The position numbers were made by a program, and so were the translations under genes. A DNA stretch of 64,000 nucleotides, taken from NCBI GenBank assembly GCA_964016885.1, contig OZ024740.1:440014001-440078000 (forward strand), given 5' to 3'. The notes below the pieces were generated by a model. It saw nothing but the letters and a program-made list of their open reading frames with translations, was not told where the DNA came from and searched no databases. Source of the stretch: Eledone cirrhosa (lineage: Eukaryota). Shown here piece after piece: positions 51,401 through 64,000 of the stretch (the stretch's first letter is position 1; each line of letters begins with the position of its first letter).

Positions 51401-54400
51401 TCTGACATCTATATAATAACACCACATGTGACATCTATATAATAACACCACACGTCTGACATCTATATAATAACACCATATGTCTGACATCTATATAATA
51501 ACACCAGAAGTCTGACATCTATTTAATAACACCACAAGTCTGACATCTATACAATAATATCACATGTCAGACATCTATATAATAACACCAGATGTCTGAC
51601 ATCTATATAATAACACCACATGTGACATATATATAATAACACCACATGTCTGACATCTATATAATAACACCACATGTCTGGCATCTATATAATAACACCA
51701 CATGTCTGACATCTATATAATAACACCAGATGTCTGACATCTATATAATAACACCACATATCTGCCATCTATATTATAACACAACATGTCTGACATCTAT
51801 ATAATAACACCAGATGTCTGACATCTATACAATAACACCACAAGTCTGCATCTATATAATAACACCATATGACTGACATCTATATAATAACAACACAAGT
51901 CTGACATCTATATAATAACACCACATGTCTGACATCTATATAATAACATCACAAATCTGACATCTATATAATAACACCACAAGTCTGACATCTATACAAT
52001 TATACCACATGTCTGACATCTATATAATAACACCAGATGTCTGACATCTATATAATAATACCACATGTGACATCTATATAATAACACCACATGTCTGACA
52101 TCTATATAATAACACCACAAGTCTGACATCTATATAATAATACCATATGTCTGACATCTATATAATAGCACCACATGTCTGACATCTATATAATAACACC
52201 ACAAGTCTGACATCTATATAATAACACCACATGTCTGACATCTATATAATAACACCACATGTCTGACATCTATATAATAACACCGCATGTCTGACATCTA
52301 TATAATAACACCACAAGTCTGACATCTAGACAATAACACCCATTTCTGACATCTATATAATAACACATCTCTGACATCTATATAATAACACCACATGTCT
52401 GACATCTATATAATAACACCACAAGTCTGACATCTATATAATAACACCACAAGTCTGACATCTATACAATAATACCACATCTCTAACATCTATATAATAA
52501 CACCATATGTCTGACATCTATACAATAATACCACATGTCTGACATATATATAATAACACCACATGTCTGACATCTATATAATAACACCACAAGTCTGACA
52601 TCTATATAATAACACCACAAGTCTGACATCTATACAATAATACCACATGTCTAACATCTATATAATAACACCATATGTCTGACATCTATACAATAATACC
52701 ACATGTCTGACATCTATATAATAACACCACATGTCTGACATCTATATAATAACACCGCATGTCTGACATCTATATAATAAAACCACAAGTATGACATCTA
52801 TATATTAACACCACGTGTCTGATATTTATATAATAACACCACATGTCTAACTTCTATATAATAACACCACATGTCTGACATATATATAATAACACCACAT
52901 GTCTGACATCTATATAATAACACCACAAGTCTGACATCTATATAATAACACCACAAGTCTGACATCTATACAATAATACCAGATGTCTGACATATATATA
53001 ATAACACAAGATGTCTGACATCTATATAATAACACATGTCTGACATCTATATAATAACACCACAAGTCTGAAATCTATATAATAGCACCACAAGTCTGAC
53101 ATCTATACAATAACACCACAAGTCTGCATCTATATAATAACACCATATGGCTGACATCTATATAATAACAACACAAGTCTGACATCTATATAATAACACC
53201 ACATGTCTGACATCTATATAATAACATCACAAATCTGACATCTATATAATAACACCACAAGTCTGACATCTATACAATTATACCACATGTCTGACATCTA
53301 TATAATAACACCACATGTCTGACATCTATATAATAACACCACAAGTCTGACATATATATAATAACACCACATGTCTGACATCTATATAATAACACCACAT
53401 GTGTGACATCTATATAATAACACCACATGTCTGACATCTATATAATAACACCACAAGTCTGACATCTATATAATAACACCACATGTCTGACATCTATATA
53501 ATAACACCACATGTCTGACATCTATATAATAACACCGCATGTCTGACATCTATATAATAACACCACAAGTCTGACATCTATACAATAACACCCATTTCTG
53601 ACATCTATATAATAACACATGTCTGACATCTATATAATAACACCACATGTCTGACATCTATATAATAACACCACAAGTCTGACATCTATATAATAACACC
53701 ACAAGTCTCACATCTATACAAAAATACCACATGTCTAACATCTATATAATAACACCATATGTCTGACATCTATACAATAATACCACATGTCTGACATCTA
53801 TATAATAACACCACATGTCTGACATCTATATAATAACACCGCATGTGACATCTATATAATAACACCACATGTCTGACAACTATAAATTAACACCACAAGT
53901 CTGACATCTATATAATAACACCACAAGTCTCACATCTATATAATAACAGCACAAGTCTGACATCTATATAATAACACCACATGTCTGATATCTATATAAT
54001 AACACCACAATTCTGACATCTATATATTAACACCACATGTCTGACATCTATATAATAACACCGCATGTCTGACATCTATATAATAACACCACAAGTCTGA
54101 CATCTATATAATAACACAACATGTCTGACATCTATATAATAACACCACAAGTCTGACATCTATATAATAACACCACATGTCTGACATCTATATAATAACA
54201 CCACTTGTGTGACATCTATATAATAACATCACATGTCTGACATCAATCTAATAACACCACAAGTCTGACATCTATATAATAACACCACAAGTCTGACATC
54301 TATATAATAATACCATATGTCTGACATCTATATAATAACACCACATCTCTGACATCTATATAATAACACCACAAGTCTGACATCTATATAATAACACCAC

Positions 54401-57400
54401 ATGTCTGACATCTATATAATATCACGACAAGTCTGACATTTATATAATAACATCACAAGTCTGACATCTATATAATAATACCATATGTCTGACATCTATA
54501 TAATAACACCACATGTCTGACATCTATATAATAACACCACAAGTCTGACATCTATATAATAACACCACATGTCTGACATCTATATAATAACACCACATTT
54601 CTGACATATATATAATAACACATGTCTGACATCTATATAATAACAGCACATGTCTGACATCTATATAATAACACCACAAGTCTGACATCTATATAATAAC
54701 ACCACAAGTCTGACATCTATACAATAATACCACATGTCTAACATCTATATAATAACACCATATGTCTGACATCTATACAATAATACCACATGTCTGACAT
54801 CTATATAATAACACCACATGTCTGACTTCTATATAATAACACCACATGTCTGACATCTATATAATAACAGCACATGTCTGACATCTATATAATAACACCA
54901 CAAGTCTGACATCTATATAATAACACCACATGTCTGACATCTATATAATAACACCACATGTGACATCTATATAATAACACCACATGTCTGACAACTATAT
55001 AATAACAGCACATGTCTGACATCTATATAATAGCATCACATGTCTGACATCTATACAATAACACCACATGTCTGACATCTATATAATAACACGACAAGTC
55101 TGACATCTATATAATAACACCACAAGTCTGAAATCTATATAATAACACCACAAGTCTGACATCTATACAATAATACCACATGTCTGACATCTATATAATA
55201 ACACCACAGGTAAGACATCTATATAATAACACCACATGTGACATCTATATAATAACATCACATGTCTGACATCTATAAATTAACACCACATGTCTGACAT
55301 CTATATAATAAGACCACAAGTCTGACATCTATATAATAACACCACAAGTCTGACATCTATATAATAACACCACAAATCTGACATCTATATAATAACACCA
55401 CATGTCTGACATCTATATAACAGCACCACAATTCTGACATCTATATAACAACACCACATGTCTGACATCTATATAATAACACCACATGTATGACATCTAT
55501 ATAATAACACAACATGTCTGACATATATATAATAACCCCAGATGTCTGACATCTATATAATAACACATGTCTGACATCTATATAATAACAGCACATGTCT
55601 GACATCTATATAATAACACCACAAGTCTGACATCTATATAATAACACCACATGTCTGACATCTATATAATAACACCACATGTGACATCTATATAATAACA
55701 CCAAATGACTGACATCTATATAACAACACCACATGTCTGACATCTATATAATAACACCACATGTCTGACATCTATATAATAACACCACAAGTCTGACATC
55801 TATATAATAACACCACAAGTCTGAGATCTATACAATAATACCAGATGTCTGACATCTATATAATAACACCACATGTCTGACTTCTATATAATAACACCAC
55901 ATGTCTGACATCTATATAATAATAGCACATGTCTGACATCTATATAATAGCACCACATGTCTAACATCTATACAATAACACCACATGTCTGACATCTATA
56001 TAATAACAGCACAAGTCTGACAACTATATAATAATACCACAAGTGTGACATCTATATAATAACACCACATGTCTGATATCTATATAATAACACCACAATT
56101 CTGACATCTATATAATAACACCACATGTCTGACCTCTATATAATAACACCACATGTATGACATCTATATAATAACACCACATGTTTGACATCTATATAAT
56201 AACACCGCATGTGACATCTATATAATAAAACCACATGTCTGACAACTATGAATTAACACCACATGTCTGACATCTATATAATAACACCACAAGTCTGACA
56301 TCTATATAATAACACCACAAGTCTGAGATCTATATAATAACACCACAAGTCTGACATCTATATAATAACACCACATGTCTGATATCTATATAATAACACC
56401 ACAATTCTGACATCTATATAATAACACCACATGTCTGACCTCTATATAATAACACCACATGTATGACATCTATATAATAACACAACATGTCTGACATCTA
56501 TATAATAACACCAGATGTCTGACATCTATATAATAACACCACATGTCTGACATCTATATAATAACACCACAAGTCTGACATCTATATAATAACACCACAT
56601 GTCTGACATATATATAATAACACCAGAAGTCTGATATCTATATAATAACACCATAAGTCTGACATCTATACAATAATACCACATGTCTGACATCTATATA
56701 ATAACACCACATGCCTGACATATATATAATAACACCACATGTCTGACATCTATATAATAACACCACCTCTCTGACATCTATACAATAATACCACATGTCT
56801 GACATCTATATAATAACACCACATGCCTGACATCTATATAATAACACCACATGTCTGACATCTATAAATTAACACCACATTTATCACATCTATATAATGA
56901 CACCACAAGTCTGACATCTATATAATAACACCACAAATCTGACATCTATATAATAACACCACAATTCTGACATCTATATAACAACACCATATGTCTGACA
57001 TCTATATAATAACCCCAGATGTCTGACATCTATATAATAACACAACATGTCTGACATCTATATAATAACAGCACATGTCTGACATCTATATAATAACACC
57101 ACATGTCTGACATCTATGTAACAACACCACATGTCTGACATCTATATAATAACACCACAAGTCTGACATCTATATAATAACACCACATGTCTGACATCTT
57201 TATAATAACACCACATGTGACATCTATATAATAACACCAAATTCTGACATCTATATAACAACACCACATGTCTGACATCTATATAATAACACCACATGTC
57301 TGACATCTATATATTAACACCACATGTCTGCCATCTATATAATAACACCAGTTGTCTGGCATCTATATAATAACACCACAAGTCTGACATCTATACAATA

Positions 57401-60400
57401 ACACAACATGTCTGACATCTATATAATTAGACCACAAGTCTGACTTCTATATAATAACACCACATGTCTGACATCTATATAATAACAGCACATGTCTGAC
57501 ATCTATATAATAGCACCACATATCTGATATCTATACAATAACACCACATGTCTGACATCTATATAATAACACCACAAGTCTGACATCTATATAATAACAC
57601 CACAAGTCTGACATCTATACAATAATACCACATGTCTGACATCTATACAATAATAGCACATGTCTGACATCTATACAATAATACCACATGTCTGACATCT
57701 ATATAATAACACCACAAGTCTGACATCTATATAATAACACCACATGTCTGACATCTATATAATAACACCGCATGTGACATCTATATAATAACACCACATG
57801 TCTGACAACTATAAATTAACACCACATGTCTGACATCTATATAATAACACCACAAGTCTGACTTCTATATAATAACATCACAAGTCTGACATCTATATAA
57901 TAACACCACATGTCTTACATCTATATAATAACACCACATGTCTGATATCTATATAATAACACCACAATTCTGACATCTATATAATAACACCACATGTCTG
58001 ACATCTATATAATAACACCACATGTATGACATCTATATAATAACACATGTCTGACATCTATATAATAACACCAGATGTCTGACATCTATATAATAACACC
58101 ACATGTGACATCTATATAATAACACCACACGTCTGACATCTATATAATAACACCATATGTCTGACATCTATATAATAACTCCAGAAGTCTGACATCTATT
58201 TAATAACACCACAAGTCTGACATCTATACAATAATATCACATGTCAGACATCTATATAATAACACCAGATGTCTGACATCTATATAATAACACCACATGT
58301 GACATATATATAATAACACCACATGTCTGACATCTATATAATAACACCACATGTCTGGCATCTATATAATAACACCACATGTCTGACAACTATATAATAA
58401 CAGCACATGTCTGACATCTATATAATAGCATCACATGTCTGACATCTATACAATAACACCACATGTCTGACATCTATATAATAACACCACATGTGACATC
58501 TATATAATAACACCACATGTCTGACATCTATAAATTAACACCACATGTCTGACATCTATATAATAAGACCACAAGTCTGACATCTATATAATAACACCAC
58601 AAGTCTGAAATCTATATAATAACACCACAAATCTGACATCTATATAATAACACCACATGTCTGACATCTATATAATAGCACCACAATTCTGACATCTATA
58701 TAACAACACCACATGTCTGACATCTATATAATAACACCACATGTATGACATCTATATAATAACACAACATGTCTGACATATATAATAACCCCAGATGTAT
58801 GACATCTATATAATAACACATGTCTGACATCTATATAATAACAGCACATGTCTGACATCTATATAATAACACCACAAGTCTGACATCTATATAATAACAC
58901 CACATGTCTGACATCTATATAATAACACCACATGTGACATCTATATAATAACACCAAATGTCTGACATCTATATAACAACACCACATGTCTGACATCTAT
59001 ATAATAACACCACATGTCTGACATCTATATAATAACACCACACGTCTGACATCTATATAATAACACCACAAGTCTGAGATCTATACAATAATACCAGATG
59101 TCTGACATCTATATAATAACACCACATGTCTGACTTCTATATAATAACACCACATGTCTGACATCTATATAATAACAGCACATGTCTGACATCTATATAA
59201 TAGCACCACATGTCTGATATCTATACAATAACACAACATGTCTGACATCTATATAATAACACCAGATGTCTGACATCTATATAATAACACAACATGTCTG
59301 ACATCTATATAATAACACCACATGTCTGACATCTATATAATAACACCACAAGTCTGACATCTATATAATAACACCACATGTCTGACATCTATATAATAAC
59401 ACCAGAAGTCTGATATCTATATAATAACACCATAAGTCTGACATCTATACAATAATACCACATGTCTGACATCTATATAATAACACCACATGCCTGACAT
59501 ATATATAATAACACCACATGTCTGACATCTATATAATAACACCACCTCTCTGACATCTATACAATAATACCACATGTCTGACATCTATATAATAACACCA
59601 CATGCCTGACATCTATATAATAACACCACATGTCTGACATCTATAAATTAACACCACATTTATGACATCTATATAATGACACCACAAGTCTGACATCTAT
59701 ATAATAACACCACAAATCTGACATCTATATAATAACACCACATGTCTGACATCTATATAATAGCACCACAATTTTGACATCTATATAACAACACCATATG
59801 TCTGACATCTATATAATAACCCCAGATGTCTGACATCTATATAATAACACAACATGTCTGACATCTATATAATAACAGCACATGTCTGACATCTATATAA
59901 TAACACCACATGTCTGACATCTATGTAACAACACCACATGTCTGACATCTATATAATAACACCACAAGTCTGACATCTATATAATAACACCACATGTCTG
60001 ACATCTTTATAATAACACCACATGTGACATCTATATAATAACACCAAATGTCTGACATCTATATAACAACACCACATGTCTGACATCTATATAATAACAC
60101 CACATGTCTGACATCTATATATTAACACCACATGTCTGCCATCTATATAATAACACCAGTTGTCTGGCATCTATATAATAACACCACAAGTCTGACATCT
60201 ATACAATAACACAACATGTCTGACATCTATATAATTAGACCACAAGTCTAACTTCTATATAATAACACCACATGTCTGACATCTATATAATAACAGCACA
60301 TGTCTGACATCTATATAATAGCACCACATGTCTGATATCAATACAATAACACCACATGTCTGACATCTATATAATAACACCACAAGTCTGACATCTATAT

Positions 60401-63400
60401 AATAACACCACAAGTCTGACATCTATACAATAATACCACATGTCTGACATCTATACAATAATACCACATGTCTGACATCTATACAATAATACCACATGTC
60501 TGACATCTATATAATAACACCACAAGTCTGACATCTATATAATAACACCACATGTCTGACATCTATATAATAACACCGCATGTGACATCTATATAATAAC
60601 ACCACATGTCTGACAACTATAAATTAACACCACATGTCTGACATCTATATAATAACACCACAAGTCTGACTTCTATATAATAACATCACAAGTCTGACAT
60701 CTATATAATAACACCACATGTCTTACATCTATATAATAACACCACATGTCTGATATCTATATAATAACACCACAATTCTGACATCTATATAATAACACCA
60801 CATGTCTGACATCTATATAATAACACCACATGTATGACATCTATATAATAACACATGTCTGACATCTATATAATAACACCAGATGTCTGACATCTATATA
60901 ATAACACCACATGTGACATCTATATAATAACACCACACGTCTGACATCTATATAATAACACCATATGTCTGACATCTATATAATAACACCAGAAGTCTGA
61001 CATCTATTTAATAACACCACAAGTCTGACATCTATACAATAATATCACATGTCAGACATCTATATAATAACACCAGATGTCTGACATCTATATAATAACA
61101 CCACATGTGACATATATATAATAACACCACATGTCTGACATCTATATAATAACACCACATGTCTGGCATCTATATAATAACACCACATGTCTGACATCTA
61201 TATAATAACACCAGATGTCTGACATCTATATAATAACATCACATATCTGCCATCTATATTATAACACAACATGTCTGACATCTATATAATAACACCAGAT
61301 GTCTGACATCTATACAATAACACCACAAGTCTGCATCTATATAATAACACCATATGACTGACATCTATATAATAACAACACAAGTCTGACATCTATATAA
61401 TAACACCACATGTCTGACATCTATATAATAACATCACAAATCTGACATCTATATAATAACACCACAAGTCTGACATCTATACAATTATACCACATGTCTG
61501 ACATCTATATAATAACACCAGATGTCTGACATCTATATAATAATACCACATGTGACATCTATATAATAACACCACATGTCTGACATCTATATAATAACAC
61601 CACAAGTCTGACATCTATATAATAATACCATATGTCTGACATCTATATAATAGCACCACATGTCTGACATCTATATAATAACACCACAAGTCTGACATCT
61701 ATATAATAACACCACATGTCTGACATCTATATAATAACACCACATGTCTGACATCTATATAATAACACCGCATGTCTGACATCTATATAATAACACCACA
61801 AGTCTGACATCTAGACAATAACACCCATTTCTGACATCTATATAATAACACATCTCTGACATCTATATAATAACACCACATGTCTGACATCTATATAATA
61901 ACACCACAAGTCTGACATCTATATAATAACACCACAAGTCTGACATCTATACAATAATACCACATCTCTAACATCTATATAATAACACCATATGTCTGAC
62001 ATCTATACAATAATACCACATGTCTGACATATATATAATAACACCACATGTCTGACATCTATATAATAACACCACAAGTCTGACATCTATATAATAACAC
62101 CACAAGTCTGACATCTATACAATAATACCACATGTCTAACATCTATATAATAACACCATATGTCTGACATCTATACAATAATACCACATGTCTGACATCT
62201 ATATAATAACACCACATGTCTGACATCTATATAATAACACCGCATGTCTGACATCTATATAATAAAACCACAAGTATGACATCTATATATTAACACCACG
62301 TGTCTGATATTTATATAATAACACCACATGTCTAACTTCTATATAATAACACCACATGTCTGACATATATATAATAACACCACATGTCTGACATCTATAT
62401 AATAACACCACAAGTCTGACATCTATATAATAACACCACAAGTCTGACATCTATACAATAATACCAGATGTCTGACATATATATAATAACACAAGATGTC
62501 TGACATCTATATAATAACACATGTCTGACATCTATATAATAACACCACAAGTCTGAAATCTATATAATAGCACCACAAGTCTGACATCTATACAATAACA
62601 CCACAAGTCTGCATCTATATAATAACACCATATGGCTGACATCTATATAATAACAACACAAGTCTGACATCTATATAATAACACCACATGTCTGACATCT
62701 ATATAATAACATCACAAATCTGACATCTATATAATAACACCACAAGTCTGACATCTATACAATTATACCACATGTCTGACATCTATATAATAACACCACA
62801 TGTCTGACATCTATATAATAACACCACAAGTCTGACATATATATAATAACACCACATGTCTGACATCTATATAATAACACCACATGTGTGACATCTATAT
62901 AATAACACCACATGTCTGACATCTATATAATAACACCACAAGTCTGACATCTATATAATAACACCACATGTCTGACATCTATATAATAACACCACATGTC
63001 TGACATCTATATAATAACACCGCATGTCTGACATCTATATAATAACACCACAAGTCTGACATCTATACAATAACACCCATTTCTGACATCTATATAATAA
63101 CACATGTCTGACATCTATATAATAACACCACATGTCTGACATCTATATAATAACACCACAAGTCTGACATCTATATAATAACACCACAAGTCTCACATCT
63201 ATACAAAAATACCACATGTCTAACATCTATATAATAACACCATATGTCTGACATCTATACAATAATACCACATGTCTGACATCTATATAATAACACCACA
63301 TGTCTGACATCTATATAATAACACCGCATGTGACATCTATATAATAACACCACATGTCTGACAACTATAAATTAACACCACAAGTCTGACATCTATATAA

Positions 63401-64000
63401 TAACACCACAAGTCTCACATCTATATAATAACAGCACAAGTCTGACATCTATATAATAACACCACATGTCTGATATCTATATAATAACACCACAATTCTG
63501 ACATCTATATATTAACACCACATGTCTGACATCTATATAATAACACCGCATGTCTGACATCTATATAATAACACCACAAGTCTGACATCTATATAATAAC
63601 ACAACATGTCTGACATCTATATAATAACACCACAAGTCTGACATCTATATAATAACACCACATGTCTGACATCTATATAATAACACCACTTGTGTGACAT
63701 CTATATAATAACATCACATGTCTGACATCAATCTAATAACACCACAAGTCTGACATCTATATAATAACACCACAAGTCTGACATCTATATAATAATACCA
63801 TATGTCTGACATCTATATAATAACACCACATCTCTGACATCTATATAATAACACCACAAGTCTGACATCTATATAATAACACCACATGTCTGACATCTAT
63901 ATAATATCACGACAAGTCTGACATTTATATAATAACATCACAAGTCTGACATCTATATAATAATACCATATGTCTGACATCTATATAATAACACCACATG
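45475..64000. repeat. Tandem segmental duplication of 9,317/9,485 bp (copy 1 ~45475-54790, copy 2 ~54791 to past the window end)
   Basis: Offset 9317 for GACTTC 45507/54824, AGGTAAG 45891/55208, ATGAATT 46931/56248, CATTTATCAC 47561/56878 and CCAGTTGTCTGGC 48031/57348. Offset 9485 for CCAGTTG 50671/60156, CTAGAC 52326/61811, CCACGTG 52811/62296 and CCACTTGTG 54201/63686. Confidence 0.93.

Larger units (their letters stand above)
1..64000. repeat. Tandem satellite DNA array, 28-bp monomer ACACCACA(T/A)GTCTGACATCTATATAATA, ~2,300 copies, single orientation, extends beyond both window ends
   Basis: The monomer is directly readable on every line, and TGACATCTATATAATAACACCAC recurs every 28 bp. 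Substitution variants and 24-29-bp indel variants are scattered throughout. I saw no reverse-orientation monomers (TATTATATAGATGTCAGAC) and no non-repeat inserts. Confidence 0.99.

Noticed and set aside
1-64000. CRISPR array (28-bp, partly palindromic repeat)
   Set aside because: The repeats abut directly with no unique spacers, leader or cas genes.
1-64000. Telomerase-made telomeric tract: C-rich strand bias, and the variant ATGTCTAACTTCT (~15843) resembles part of the 23-bp Candida albicans telomere repeat
   Set aside because: The match is confined to a rare variant. The tract length and kilobase-scale duplicated variant patterns indicate recombination or replication-based amplification rather than templated addition. 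A subtelomeric location is not excluded.
1-64000. TATA-box/-10-like TATATAA and TATAAT, E-box CACATG, and SMAD (GTCT) or TALE-homeodomain (TGACA) motifs in each monomer
   Set aside because: These short motifs are expected by chance in an AT-rich monomer, and there is no downstream gene or other evidence of regulatory function.
1-64000. The T/A dimorphism (CACATG vs CACAAG) read as an information-bearing binary code or a synthetic construct
   Set aside because: The pattern is explained by inheritance through nested duplications plus scattered point mutations. I saw no simple fixed dimer or trimer phase, adapters or designed sites.
1-64000. Rolling-circle concatemer, plasmid iterons or a sequencing artefact
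   Set aside because: Variants are reproduced faithfully at kilobase offsets, which random sequencing error cannot do, and no rep gene or unique origin sequence is present. Only the exact copy number of the large duplications remains assembly-dependent.

Overview
The whole 64 kb window is one uninterrupted, head-to-tail tandem satellite array. Its 28-bp monomer has the consensus ACACCACA(T/A)GTCTGACATCTATATAATA (about 32% GC, 7 C vs 2 G on the + strand, no CpG), giving roughly 2,300 copies. The array runs off both ends. I saw no unique sequence, inversion, transposon, RNA gene or credible CDS; all 17 listed ORFs are artefacts of reading the monomer on the minus strand. The informative signal is the order of variant monomers. 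Rare variants used as markers show nested higher-order repeats (HORs): a ~2.23-kb unit in 1-11.5 kb, a 9,073-bp tandem duplication (11.3-29.4 kb) built on a ~3-kb sub-period, 3.4-kb and 5.9/6.5-kb duplications in the middle, and a 9.3/9.5-kb tandem duplication from 45.5 kb containing a 2.6/2.8-kb sub-unit. Each monomer carries a short dyad (ATGTC-T-GACAT). This architecture fits eukaryotic heterochromatic, centromeric or subtelomeric satellite, but neither organism nor function can be determined from the sequence. I found no evidence of a new gene-encoded system. All offsets were counted by hand from marker variants, so boundaries are approximate (about one or two monomers).
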